Assembly (NCBI GenBank): GCA_951406725.2
Contig: OX597817.1
Location: 124,000,001-124,064,000, forward strand
Origin: Octopus vulgaris
Taxonomy: Eukaryota
Direction of reading: 5' to 3'
DNA: 64,000 bases
How positions within the stretch are numbered: position 1 is the stretch's first letter; each line of letters begins with the position of its first letter. Both the position numbers and the translations under genes were made by a program. Below the pieces are notes generated by a model. That model was not told where the DNA came from. It searched no databases and worked only from the letters and a program-made list of their open reading frames with translations. Positions 26,830-40,091 of the stretch are shown here, piece after piece.

Positions 26830-27498
26830 GTTGTAAATACATCCAGTTGCTCAAGGACAATTTGATACCAGACTTGGATGAAGGTGAAATTTGTCAGCAT
26901 GATGGAACAATCATGCCACAGATCACATGCAACACAACAGAGTCTGGCTTGACAAAGGTGTTACCGTATTGAAAGATTGGCCAGCTCAGAGCTCTGACTT
27001 AAATATCACAGAGCAAATGTGGACAGATCTGAAAAGAAGAGTTCTTGAAGAGTTGTGGGAGCTCAGCTACAGAGAATGGTATCTCATACCTGTGAAGAAG
27101 GTGAGGGATTTGTATGCATCTCTTCCCAGGCACAGTGAAACAATTATTCAAGATAAGGCAAGCCACATGAAATATTAACAATGTACAGTAACTTCTTGAA
27201 ATGAACATTATGTAATAAATTTTCATTATAGACATTTTTCTGTTTTAAAACACTGTATCATGATTGGGTAATGTGAGGTGGCTAGAAATTTTGCACGGTC
27301 ATTTTTGGTGGTTGTCTTGCATCTTTCCCTCTCGTTCAGAACCACTACTACAAAATATAATGATTAGGTATGAAAATGACTCCAGCAGGGCCAATGTTCC
27401 ATCTGTAAAAAATGCAACATGAAACAATCTCTTACAAGTTGGCAATTAGTAGAAATTTACCATAGTTTAAAGTGGCTGAAGACTTTAGCACAGTACTG
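26830..27498 (+). mobile_element. Tc1-like transposon, 3' half (decayed transposase C-terminus and right end)
   Basis: KYIQLLKDNLIP..ICQHDG, then WPAQSSDLNITEQMW (WP.QSPDLN.IE..W motif); ends gactttagcacagtactg|TA. Confidence 0.88.
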
Positions 27499-27844
27499 TA
27501 TATATATTTGTTGCATTTACATATTTACTTTACTTTTACTTTTATTTATATGTTTATATATTTATTTATTTAATCATTTGTTGTATTTTAGGTTTAAAAT
27601 AGATACACTGTATTCCTACGTATCATGGGTGACTAGATGATTTGGTGGCATGAAGCATATCTGTTCATGAAACTCGGCATCAGTAAACCCATTCCACACA
27701 TGTCAGCATGGGAAAACCTATTTAATAGAAGGGAGATTAGGAAAATGAAGTAAGGAGGATGAAAATGGGATGAGGAATGTAAGAGAATATTGATGGTGAT
27801 GATGATGATGTTAATGGTGTTTCAATAATTTTTTTTACCATTAT

Positions 27845-28160
27845 CATTTACTCTGCTAACTTCCATTCATTTAAGCATGTTCCTGGAGCAGATAATGACT
27901 GATGCTCTCAAAGATAATTTTAACATCAAAAGAGAGAAGCACCAAAACTTTAAAAATTTGTTGACATTGATGGACTGGCAAGAAGAGAAGATGAAATGAT
28001 TGAATTAGTCAAGTACCTCAAAAGAGCTTCCATCAAGTTCAGGAATAGAATCACTGAAAAATACAAAGTTATGACAAATGCCATCTCAGCCGACATCTCT
28101 GTACAAGGACAGAAACCAGAGAAACTTCAGTAGTTCAAATACCTGGAAGAAATAACTGAA
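27845..28160 (+). pseudogene. RTE-like reverse transcriptase fragment, heavily decayed
   Basis: FLEQIMTDAL...DIDGLA..EDEM.ELV...KVMTN...VQGQK....FKYL read across frameshifts. Confidence 0.7.
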
Positions 28161-28281
28161 GAGACAGAATTAAGGATACACCTGAATCCTCAAACAAGGA
28201 AGCAGAGGTTGCCATAATACAATCTATAGGTCCCATACATAGTATTACTAAATAGATGCTAGTAATTGCTTAGATTACATT

Positions 28282-28701
28282 TTTCTTTTATTTCTTTTAT
28301 TTCTTTTACTTGTTTCAGTCATTTGACTGTGGCCATGCTGGAGCACCGCCTTTAGTCGAGCAACTCGACCCCAGGACTTATTCTTTGTAAGCCCAGTACT
28401 TATTCTATCGGTCTCTTTTTGCCGAACCGTTAAGTGACGGGGATGTAAACACACCAGCATCGGTTGTCAAGCAATGCTAGGGGGACAAACGCAGACACAC
28501 AAACACACACACATACATATATATATATACATATATACGACAGGCTTCTTTCAGTTTCCGTCTACCAAATCCACTCACAAGGCATTGGTCGGCCCGGGGC
28601 TATAGCAGAAGACACTTGCCCAAGATGCCACACAGTGGGACTGAACCTGGAACCATGTGGTTGGTTAGCAAGCTACTTACCACACAGCCACTCCTGCGCC
28701 T
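28282..28701 (-). mobile_element. SINE family B, full length
   Basis: Reverse complement of 16342-16746. Confidence 0.92.
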
Positions 28702-28783
28702 ATTGTGTAACAAAATTTTTATTTCTTTTTGTCTTTGGTCAGTAAGTGTTATTTCCTATATGTTTCTGTTCAGAAATCAAAGG

Positions 28784-29089
28784 AAATGACTATTATTCCT
28801 TTCAAACTTTGCCTTTGTGACCTGGACATCAATGTTTTGGAACTGACCAATTTTCCATTACATTTCAGACAGATTTAGGGCAGAGTTATAGCAAATATTC
28901 TGCTCAATACCACAGATTTGCTTCTCAGTTAATCATTTGAACATGTCCCTTAGTGGCTGACGATATGTATGTCTCCGATCATGAGAAGGAGTATTTCAGA
29001 GCATCATAGCCATGTGTTGAGAGGGATGGATTCTTTGGGGTTTGAATCAATGTAACAAGAGTAAAGTTTGAAGGAAATATTAGCCATTT
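28784..29089. mobile_element. MITE-like element with imperfect inverted repeats of about 38 bp
   Basis: aaatgactattattcctttcaaactttgcctttgtgac versus gtaacaagagtaaagtttgaaggaaatattagccattt. Confidence 0.5.
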
Positions 29090-29522
29090 TTCATACTTTC
29101 TAGGGATAGGTAAATGAGAAATAACAGTTGCTACCCAAGGACAAAAATTCTGTTACATAGTGTTATTAAAAAGTGAAAGGACAAAATTCCATCTCAATAA
29201 TTTTGAGTTAGTTGCATGTATGTGTACGTATGCATTTGCGCTTGTTGTAAAATGTGGAGGTGTTTAATCAATTATTGTTTTTCTAAACATTTAATATCGC
29301 AATGAAAGCCTATTAAGAATGGCAGTGTTGCTACATACAAATCTTTAATGTCCCACTCATTGCTTCACTGAATTTCTGATGAGAAGAGACACAAAGGATT
29401 GTCTGCACAACTTCATGTGGAACAAATAACAAACAAGTGTTTTCCCAGCTATCTTACTAATATTTACATATTTCAACTTGATAAATATACACCAGAGAAA
29501 GATATGTATAGGCATTATATAT

Positions 29523-29673
29523 TGTGTGGTAAGTAGCTTGCTTACCAATCACATGGTTCTGGGTTCAGTTCCACTGCGAGGCACCTTGGACAAGTGTCTT
29601 CTACTATAGACTCGGGCCGACCAAAGTCTTGTGAGTGGATTTGGTTGATGGAAACTGAAAGAAGCCCATCGTA

Positions 29674-29722
<49 letters not shown>

Positions 29723-29930
29723 ATATGTTCGTGTGTCTGCGTTTGTCCCCCCAACTTCGCTTGACAACCGATGGTGGTGTGTTTACGTCACCATAACTTA
29801 GCGGTTTGGCAAAAGAGACCGATAGAATAAGTACTAGGCTTACAAAGAACAAGTCCTGGGGTCGATTTGCTCAATTAAAGGCGGTGCTCCAGCATGGTCA
29901 CAGTCACATGACTGAAACAAGTAAAAAGTA

Positions 29931-29933
<3 letters not shown>
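29523..29933 (+). mobile_element. SINE family B
   Basis: Same head, microsatellite and tail as 16342. Confidence 0.92.
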
Positions 29934-29992
<59 letters not shown>

Positions 29993-29995
<3 letters not shown>

Positions 29996-30182
29996 AGAAT
30001 TCATGAAAATAATACACGACGAAGACAGGTGGTGTAGAAAACAAACAGATGTAAGAGTATAATGCTTGGGAATTGAAAGTCTTTTATGTTTTGAGCCTAC
30101 GCTCTTCCACAGAAAGGAAGACAGAAAGAAACAAGGAGAGAAACAAAGAGAGAAAAAATGTGTAGTGGCTACCGATCTATCA
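29993..30182 (-). mobile_element. Short element in (TA)n with hammerhead-like motif (Penelope pLTR-like); same family as 61629
   Basis: Clearly homologous to 61629-61810; motif at 30081-30116. Confidence 0.7.
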
Positions 30183-30331
30183 TATATATATTATATACAT
30201 ATATATACATATATATACACACATATATATACTTACATACATATATATACATACATGTACATATATGCACACACACATATACACACACATGCACACACAC
30301 ACATATATAAACACACACATGTGTATACATG

Positions 30332-30419
<88 letters not shown>

Positions 30420-30438
30420 TAGATACATTTATAGTTCA

Positions 30439-30792
30439 CTAGCAGTATCGCCCGGCGTTGCTCGGGTTTGTAAGGGAAATAACTATATAAGCATTTTTAG
30501 AGATGTAAAGTATAATAGCCATCTCAATATGGCTAACCACAAAGGGGGGGGGGTGTTACTGTAGCTTTTTACGTTCTGAGATTTAATAATAAATTTTTAG
30601 AGAGTTACTTCCCTTATATATGCCAAAAATGCATTAAAAATGGAAAAAACTGATGGTAAATTTTTTTTTAAATCGTAGACTCATCGTAGACGTACGCTAT
30701 TACCCAGAAGGGCTCGATATGAATGTGGGAGTAGTTAGGAATCTAAATCGTAGGAGACAGACAGCACACAACCTTACTTTTATATATAAAGA
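30439..30792 (-). mobile_element. Non-autonomous Helitron
   Basis: Minus strand TC...cccgagcaacgccggg hairpin...CTAG|T. Confidence 0.85.
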
Positions 30793-32334
30793 TATATCAG
30801 TTTAATGCTCAGAGAAATAGAGATGTATTTAATGTTTCAGACATAAGCCCTTCATAGGATGAAGAGAATGAGATAAAAGGGGAGAAGAAGATAAACAGAA
30901 GGACAATGTGGATGGGGTTAGAAAAGGTTGTAAAAAAGCAGCAAAAACATGTGAAGATCACTTAGGTGCCATTTTGTTGGGTGTGTATGTATGTGTGTAT
31001 GTTTGTGTGTGTTTGTGTGCATATAATTTGGTAGTTTTGCTGTTAATAAATAATCCATTCAATTTAGGGATTCAAAGCCAAGTGGAATAAGAGCTGTCTT
31101 ACTTTAAAACAGGTAAGAGGTTAACGCTTAGAAGGGCTGCACCTGTAAACAATGCCTCAGATAACACATTTATGCAACACACATGAGTACGGACAAATGA
31201 ACTTAAATATGAACAAACACTGACACAATCACATAATATAAACCTGGAATGAATGCCACTGTAAATTATATCAAGTGTGATATCAATTCTACCAGTCTTT
31301 AACTTGAACACAGGTGATAAAGGGCCATGCTAATTAGTGTTTAACACAGATACAATATCTCACATTTGAAGCAGAGATATAATCAAATATATTGACTCTG
31401 TAATTTATCTGGTACTTTCTTTTATGAATCCCAAAAGGATGAATAACACTGTTGATATTGTTGCGATGGGAATTCTGTATGTAAAGGACTATAGTAATTA
31501 ATATTTTGTCAACTTAGAGAGCTGACATACCAGGACAGTTCAAAAAGAAAGCCAATCCAGAGCTCTGTGTCTTGTTCACAGCTGTAAATGCTTCAGGTGG
31601 TACCTGGCATTGTGATTGATGCTCTGATTCACAATATAAGATGATCATCAGAAATGGAATAGAGAACTTATAATGTTCAAAACAATATATTTACTAGTGA
31701 AGGTATCACAATGCCAGAAACTGAGTGAAGCATTTAAGGTCTGAACTTGTAAAGTAGAGTACCAGAATGGTTTGCCTTATCAATCTTCTAGCTCTGTAAA
31801 AGAAGAAATATCTTGAAGTATTTTTATGGCCCTTTATATTTTGCGTACAAGTCCAGCCAAGGTTGCTATCATCCTTTCTTGGTTATCAAGAAAATAAAGT
31901 ATCAGTCCTATGAAGCATCTTTGATTTGTATGGAATTAATATAATTCTAAACCTAAAACGAAAACTAAATTCTATATCAAATAACTGTGTTATCCTAAAT
32001 TAGATCTTCAAATTCATTGGTTTACCACAGTTTTCAATAGAAAGAATAAAAAGAATTGAAAGTATATGATTTACTGGATTTAAGCCATTGATACTGGTGT
32101 CTCCCAAGCTTATTCAAGCAGAGACTACAGCTGGGAATCTTAAACAAAACTTATAATACTTATTAATAATTATCGCAAAGCTAACATGGCAGTCCAGGAA
32201 AATAGGACAAATGCTGCCTTTGATTAGCTCCTCTAGCTAGCCATCACCTCTAGCTAGCTATGTGACACATGAACCTGTGTCCATTATAACATTCGAGCAG
32301 GGGAGGTCAGCCACTTCCTCTTGCTGGTCAGGCA

Positions 32335-32377
32335 TCTACAGACTAGTTTCAGGGTATTTCCCCCTTATCTATGTAGA
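32335..32377 (-). ncRNA. Minimal hammerhead-like motif with U3:A8 core variant
   Basis: TCTACA-TAGATAA-GGGG-gaaata-CCCT-GAA-ACTAGT-C-TGTAGA: 6-bp stem I, stem II, palindromic stem III, GUC site. Confidence 0.72.
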
Positions 32378-35300
32378 GCAGCCAAACCCAGAGCGACTTA
32401 TAATATTATTTGTATTTTAAGAGTAGAATAATGGTATAAATCCCAATAACCAAAGTTTTCTTGTGAAAAGCAGTAACTTCAGGTATTATATTATCTTAGA
32501 ATGACATTACTTCCAATGCAAGTCACGAGAGGAAGAAAACTAAATACATTAGTTTGATGGATTGCAAGACTGGTTGAGAAATGGACAAAACACCCTAATG
32601 GTATTTAGTTGCGTCCTTTAATTTTCTGAGATCAAATCTCACTGGGGGTTGAATTTGCCTTTCAACCTTCTGGTTTTGATAATGGAAATATTAGTCAAAT
32701 AAGTACTGGATCAGTTTAATTTACTCTGCCCTCAGCCAAATTTGGTAGCCTTCTACTGAAATCATTAAACTGGTCTCTGATGATGATTTATATTGTACCA
32801 TGCAACAATATCAATAACTTTACACTTAGAGAGAAAGAGCGACAACACATGCAGCCCTGTGTCAATAAAACAGGTGTGCATATATGTTTAACAGCATGTT
32901 TCTGCACACGTATCACACACACATACATGCACATTGAAATGGGAGTAGAAGTATAAACATTAGTCTTCAACACAAAGGAACATTTCACAAAAGCAATAAA
33001 TTTCACACCTCATATTTTTTCCTTGCTTTCATTACAAAACAAAAATAAAGAATGAAACAAATATATAAATAAAACAAATATTAAATAAATACATTAAAAA
33101 CAAATTATCACAACTTTTACTATTGAAAGATTCCAACTGGTTCTTCGTATATTGATTTATATTGTATTTCTTTTCTATGCTAGATTACTTCAGCACACCA
33201 GCTTAGCTCAAAGATACACATCAAATTGCATGCTACCACATCTAGTTTTCATTACTTAGTATTTAATGGATATCCTAAAGTGACTTAAGTATGTGTTTAA
33301 ACTTTCTCTGAAGCTTCTGTTTGTAATAAACACCTTTTAAACTAAAACTTGCTACAGTGGTTTATCTAAATAGACATAGCGCATTAGTTATCATTTATGA
33401 TCCAACAGTAGATGTTTCTTATATAAGCAAACTTGTTCACTGATCTTCATTTGAAGTCAAAATATTTCGTGTTATCAGTATTATTTCTTATATGATCTAA
33501 GTTCAATTTTACTTTTCATCTTTTGAGGGTTGATAAAACAAGCACCAGTGTTGCACTGGGATCAATATAGTCACATATGTTATCCCTAACGAATATGTAC
33601 TTTGGGCTAATATTAGAAAACATTATTATCTCAAATTATGAGGGTGGTTGATTAGCAGAATTATTGGAGCTTTGGACAACATGCTTTGTGATATTTCTTC
33701 TAGCTCAATATGTTCTTAGTTCAATTCCTGCCAAACTTAATTCTACCTTTCATCCTTTCAGTGTTGATAAAATAAAGTATCGATTAGGTAGAGAGGGGTT
33801 CAAGGGTATTGACTAACCCTCTTCCTTCATTTTGCTAACTTCCAATCTTATTTAGAAATTATTATTATTTCGTATCATAAAGACCATGTATAGAAATTTT
33901 GGTAGAACATTTGAAGAATAAAAAAACGTTTTTAAATGTCTAGCATATCAACTTCGACATTGTTTCTCATTTTCCAATAAATAAATATCAGTCAATTACT
34001 GGGGTTGGGGTTATAAAGTATAACTATCCCACTTCACAAAAAATATATGGGCTTGTGTGATTAAGAAAATAATATTATCTGATTGTCGACACTGAGTCCC
34101 ACTGAAGTTAATAAAATAAATAACAGTTAAGTACTAGGACTGATATAATAAATTACCACAATAATCCAAGTTTCCTCGATTCATATCAGTTCTTTTTATA
34201 TTTTTACTTTCATTCTATACTGTGTTACCCATTGGTCCATTCTTGGAATTTTTTTTACTATCAGAAATCGTTGCTGTCCTCTCATTCAATACTTTTCTAT
34301 TTCAGGTGAAAGAGATATTGTAAATGGCCTACCTAGACACTTCTTATGACGCAATGTGGAAAATTCTAAAAGACAATGAGTACTAGTCTACATCCTCAGA
34401 TCTGAAAGGGTGAAAAGCAAGTTGAACTTGATACCTAGAGTGCAAAGATTGGAAACAAAATACTGCAAGGCAATATATCTGACACTTTAATGACTCAACT
34501 AATTTACTAGTTTTCTTGTACTAATTAAAAATTATTATTTTAAATAAATTATAAAGGCACCAAATAGCAACATTGATAAACTGTGAGAGACTACATTCTT
34601 TGTGGCTCTCTGTTGCTTCCTTGCATGTAACATACTCAAATCAACCTCACCTTAAATTTGCCATTTCTTTTGTGAATAATAAAATTTAGTAGCAGTCATG
34701 AAATGAAAGGTTAATAATATAGCTCTTGACATTATCAATATGGCTAAAAAGGAGATAAATGGCATAACTTGTAGAGTACAATGAACAAAATACCATGTAA
34801 CATTTAACACTATTCATACCACAAATGTATATAAACATGTCTATAGCAATGAAATCCCAGTGGCACATACATGTGTCACTCACAGACTGCTGCAAATTCC
34901 TGGAGACACTTGTATATGATCTACTCATTGTGTTGTGAAATCACAGGGATGTTTATATACATCTTAAACAATCAAATGGGATTTCAGAGCTACAAATTAG
35001 AAATGCTTATATATGTGTCACAATTATGGTGTTAATTGCATTCAATTCCTGTTGTACTCAGCTTTGCCTTTCATTTTTCAGGAATTGATAAAATAAGTTC
35101 TACTCAAGAAATAAAGCTGATTTAAAAGATCACTTCCTTTCCAACACATTCATAAGCACCAATATGTTTTGACCTTCTGTCAAAATTAAGAAATCTTTAT
35201 TAAAATTGTTAAGATAATTTTCAAATAATAACCCAATATATATCTTTTGTCAGGTCCAGTATATATTTTATATTTAAATGTTACCCTTCTGGAATTCCCA

Positions 35301-36120
35301 CCCTGCTCATAATTTTTTTCCCAGCCATCATCTTGCAGTTGTTCATAATGAACATCAGCCTCAGTAATCTCACCAATCTTAAAGGGCCTGCAAAGGTCAC
35401 TGCACAGCCACTTTCTCAAGACCATTGATAGTGAACTTTTCAGTCAGTGTGTCTCAATATTTCAATTTTCAGAATAACCTCTTACAGAAGCTTTACTTAC
35501 AGCTATACAAGTATTTTTGCTTTAAATAAATGCCTATAGATAAGCTACCTAATAATGAGTTGCTTATTCTTTACTTCCTAAGGAATTTTCAATTTATGGA
35601 ATCTAATATAAATGTACTATATCATTAGATATCTCCGAAAATTACAAAATTTTAAGGTGAATATGTTAATCATTTCTTTGTCAAATTCTGTGCCAAATTT
35701 AGTGAGGAGGATGATATTTTTCAAAAGTCCATCACATTACCTAAAAAAACTATTGTGTGTGTTACTACTGACATGAGCCTCATAGATTCTAGACCAGATC
35801 ATAAAAAAATCAAAAATCAGAAGTTAACATTTGTTACATTATTTATATGTGTATTTAATCCAAACAAGTAAAAATATAATTGACAACATGGTAAGTTATC
35901 CTATCATTATAACACAGCTGAAAACCTCAAAAGAAGTTTCTCAATTAATAGTTGGAACACAGTTATTTATTGATAAGGGTTTATGATAGATTCTTTATAT
36001 GACACCTGCTAAGCTAAAGTTGTATCTCCTTTAAATCACACTTCATTAATAATATTGGGTATTAGGTCACAGTTATGTATTACATTTATTTACTTGTCAG
36101 TCTACTAAACTATAAAATTC

Positions 36121-36562
36121 TCACATTCTCTTGATTTCCTGTAATTCAGACCATCTCACGGTCCCAGTAGACAAAACAGAAAAGGTGTTGCTCTGGAGGA
36201 TGGTGAGGGAGATGTGCTGAAATAGACATTCTGACTTACAGGATTTGCACTTGCAGACAGTCATTTCTGCCCTGACAGCAGTGAGCAGGGATATGATCCA
36301 AGGGCCAAGAATGCTGGAGGTCTCCACTGCTATGGGCTCAACCACAAACTAGTCAGAGAATAACTGATACTTTGACACTATGCTCTTCTCAGCATTCTTG
36401 GCCCCTGGATCATATCCTTGTTCAACACTATTGGAGTGGAGATGGCTATCTGCAAGTGAAAGCCCCATGAGTCAGAGAGATTGTGCTAGTGCTTTTCTTT
36501 TGCCATCCTCTGGGGCAACACCTTGTGTATTTTGTCTACTGGAACCATGAAGCAATCTGAAT
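36121..36562. mobile_element. Fold-back pair of CRE-like LINE 3' ends (restriction-like endonuclease C-terminus)
   Basis: Minus: AEKSIVSKYQ...EPIAVETSSILGP...LFQHISLTILQSNTFSV; plus from 36388: SILGPWIISL...AILWGNTLCILST; arms 36144-36319 and 36388-36562 are inverted. Confidence 0.75.
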
Positions 36563-37135
36563 CACACTTTATTGCCTTGAAAACAGAAGAATAATGCAGC
36601 TCTAGTTGTATTGTGTCTGAATAAAAGGCAGGATGGTCATGGTTGAAACACGAGTGGACAAAACTCTGTTCAGTCAGAACTTTTGTAGAACAATAACAAA
36701 AATGAAAACATCTAGTTGGTTTATACTCTAATGGTTTGGAAATCTGAAAAGAAAGTAGTTTAGCAACCAATGTATCACCAAAGAACTATAAATATGTATT
36801 GATATATATTAATAATCCAATAGGTTATTGGACTTGACTGAAAATATGTAAATGAAATCACTAAATCTGTAATAAGCTGCAGAGAACTTCAAACCTGATC
36901 TGCTTTAAGTCCCATTCCTTCATCATAACTTGAGCCTTAATAAAAAAAAAAAACTAGCTCTGCATTGTAGGCTCCATCAGAGATATGATGTCAATGAAAT
37001 CAGAACAAAGATTATTTTATAATAGGGATAAACATACATACATACATACACACATATATACATATATATATGTATTTATGTGTATATATATATATATATA
37101 TATGATATATACATATACATATATATATATATATG

Positions 37136-37198
<63 letters not shown>

Positions 37199-37566
37199 CA
37201 TGTATATATTTATTTATTTATTTATTTATTTATTTATATATTTACACACAATTACAGATCATGCAAATGCATATTTTTCATTCAACTTGAATAAATCTGT
37301 AATCTGATATATAGAAGGACCAAAAGCAAACAAACAAACAAACAAACAAACTGTTGTTAAGATGTTTGAAAGGTCTTCTGAGGAATCTTCAGTGCACAAA
37401 ACCCATTCTTCTGCAAGGAATGAACATTTTATTTCACCTCTTGCAATATGTCTGCTCATGAAAAGAAGTAAACCTTTTTCTCTGCTTCTTTTGAATTCGT
37501 TAAGATATGAAACCAGGAATAAGAATAATGACTACAGGCAACAAAACCAACAACAACAACTGAAAT

Positions 37567-37568
37567 AA

Positions 37569-37628
<60 letters not shown>

Positions 37629-37672
37629 CAGTAGTAGTAGTAGTGGTGGTGGTGGTGGTGGTGGTGGTAGTT

Positions 37673-37705
<33 letters not shown>

Positions 37706-37750
37706 ACAACGACAGCAGCAACAGCAAGAACTACAACAACAACAACAACA
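37567..37750. repeat. (GTA)n/(GGT)n/(CAA)n compound microsatellite
   Basis: Directly visible. Confidence 0.95.
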
Positions 37751-37920
37751 ATACAAGAAAACAAGCAAAAAGAAAGAAAAGAAAGAATGTTGCAATTCAT
37801 TTCTTTCCTTTCTTTCTTTCTTTCTTCCCTTTCTTTCTCATCTAAACAAACATCAACAAACTGTAATTGCAGACCCACCACCATTTATTTAGTTCAGTGA
37901 ACAAAAATTTATTGATTAAA

Positions 37921-37993
<73 letters not shown>

Positions 37994-38162
37994 TTTATTT
38001 ACACACACATATATATATATATATTCTATATGTGGAAACAAGTTTGCTTCCCAATCACATGGTTCGGGGTTCATTCCCTTGGGTAAATGTCTTCTACTAT
38101 AGCCTCTAACCGACCAAAGCTCTGTGAATGGATTTGGTAGACGGAAACTGTTAAGAAGCCCG

Positions 38163-38226
<64 letters not shown>

Positions 38227-38306
38227 GGATAAGATCGTTAATTCAATTATCGATCTTATCAAATGCCAGCATGGGAAAAAAAACCTTCAAAGGTAATAAT
38301 TATTAT

Positions 38307-38472
38307 TAAAATTATAATTTAGGGTATCTAAGAGACACCTCAACGCTGGAAATAGCAGCCAAAACGTGACTCTAAAAACACATTAAAGGAACATTTAATG
38401 TAGTTTTAAAGTCAAGTTTTGGCTGCTATTTCCAGCGTGGAGTTATCTCTTAAATACCCTAGATTATAATTT

Positions 38473-38474
<2 letters not shown>
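38307..38474. repeat. Fold-back inverted repeat, arms of about 80 bp, 6-nt loop
   Basis: 38307-38387 versus 38394-38474; includes the perfect pair acgctggaaatagcagccaaaac / gttttggctgctatttccagcgt. Confidence 0.92.
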
Positions 38475-38505
<31 letters not shown>

Positions 38506-38811
38506 GTATATTTCTGCTTACAATTTAATAGGATTATACCTGCTTTCTTACAAGATACAATTGTAGTTTCTTTATAATGTATATATTTTCTTTCTGATTA
38601 GATACATTTCTGATGCTCATTCTTTTCTTTTCTTCTTTTTCTTTTATATTGTTTGGGAGAAACCATGATAAGAAATCTATTTTGTTGTGAGCCTGTTTGT
38701 AGACATACATGCATACATATGTGTGTGTGTATGTGTGTGTGTGTGTAGAAACAAAAAGAAAGAGAAAGAGAGATACATATACAAATATATATACATGTGC
38801 ACATACATATA

Positions 38812-38918
<107 letters not shown>

Positions 38919-39665
38919 GTATGTATATGTATGTGTGTATGTATTTATGTATGTATATATATAAGAAGACCTGTCCTCCACAGCAGAAGTGTTAAGGCTG
39001 CATCTCCTGGTGAAGTGGATCAGCCTTCAAGAGTCCAGTGTCAGTGCCACATTAAAAGCACCCAGCACACACTATTGTACACAATGATTTGGCTGTGGAA
39101 TATATTAACAGTATCCCTATCTGTGGACTACTCAGTCACTTTTACACTAATTTCAGTTCAGTTAAGATATCAACTGAGTGTTTTTTTTCCAAACAAATGA
39201 ACATCTATTCACTTCTTTCTTGTTTCCTTTTTGCTAGTTTTGAAACTTACATGTGAGCTTTACTCTAAAATGGGCTTTACTGGAACCATGTAGAGATCCA
39301 GTAACTAATCATTCCTGAATACCTGACCCTAAAATTTATTCCAGTTGTTGTGAAGCTGCTTTGTTGATGTTATACACACAATATTTCCTGACTTGATTTC
39401 AAGCTTAACCACTCTCCTATTGCAGATATATGCTTCTGACAAGTTTGTGTAGCATTTCTGCCATGAGTGTTCACATGACTACCTAGTCATAATTTTACTG
39501 TAGATATTTTGTGAGAAATATAGCACATAATTTTATGAAGAATCACACCAGGATCAATTCTGCTCCTGTACTTTCATTGGAATGAAAATTTCAGACCAGC
39601 TGTAGAGGAGTTCAACTTTGGACATGAACATGAAGGGCAACATTATTATATGTGGCAGATGTGCA

Positions 39666-40080
39666 GGCAGCGAGCTGGCAGAAACGTTAGCACACCAGGC
39701 GAAATGCTTAGCAGTATTTCGTCTGCTGTTACGTTCTGAGTTCAAATTCCGCTGAGGTCGACTTTGCCTTTCATCCTTTTGAGGTCGATAAATTAAGTAC
39801 CAGTTATGCACTGGGGGTTGATGTAATCGACTTAATCCCTTTGTCTGTCCTTGTTTGTCCCTTCTATGTTTAGCTCCTTGTGGGTAGTAAAGAAATAAGT
39901 ATTTCCTCTGGCACTATGTCCTGAGTTCAAATTCCTCCGAGGTCGACTTTGCCTTTCATCCTTTCAGGTCGATTAAATAAGTACCAGTTATGCACTGAGG
40001 TCGATATAATCGACTTAATCCGTTTGTCTGTCCTTGTTTGTCCCTTCTGTGTGTAGCACCTTGTGGGCAGTAAAGAAATG
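39666..40080 (+). mobile_element. SINE family A partial dimer within a single TSD
   Basis: TSD agatgtgcagg at 39657-39667 and 40081-40091; body and tail repeated twice. Confidence 0.9.
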
Positions 40081-40091
40081 AGATGTGCAGG

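Noticed and set aside
35186-35425. 79-aa minus-strand ORF with ordinary composition
   Set aside because: No recognisable domain or convincing splice sites; needs a database search.
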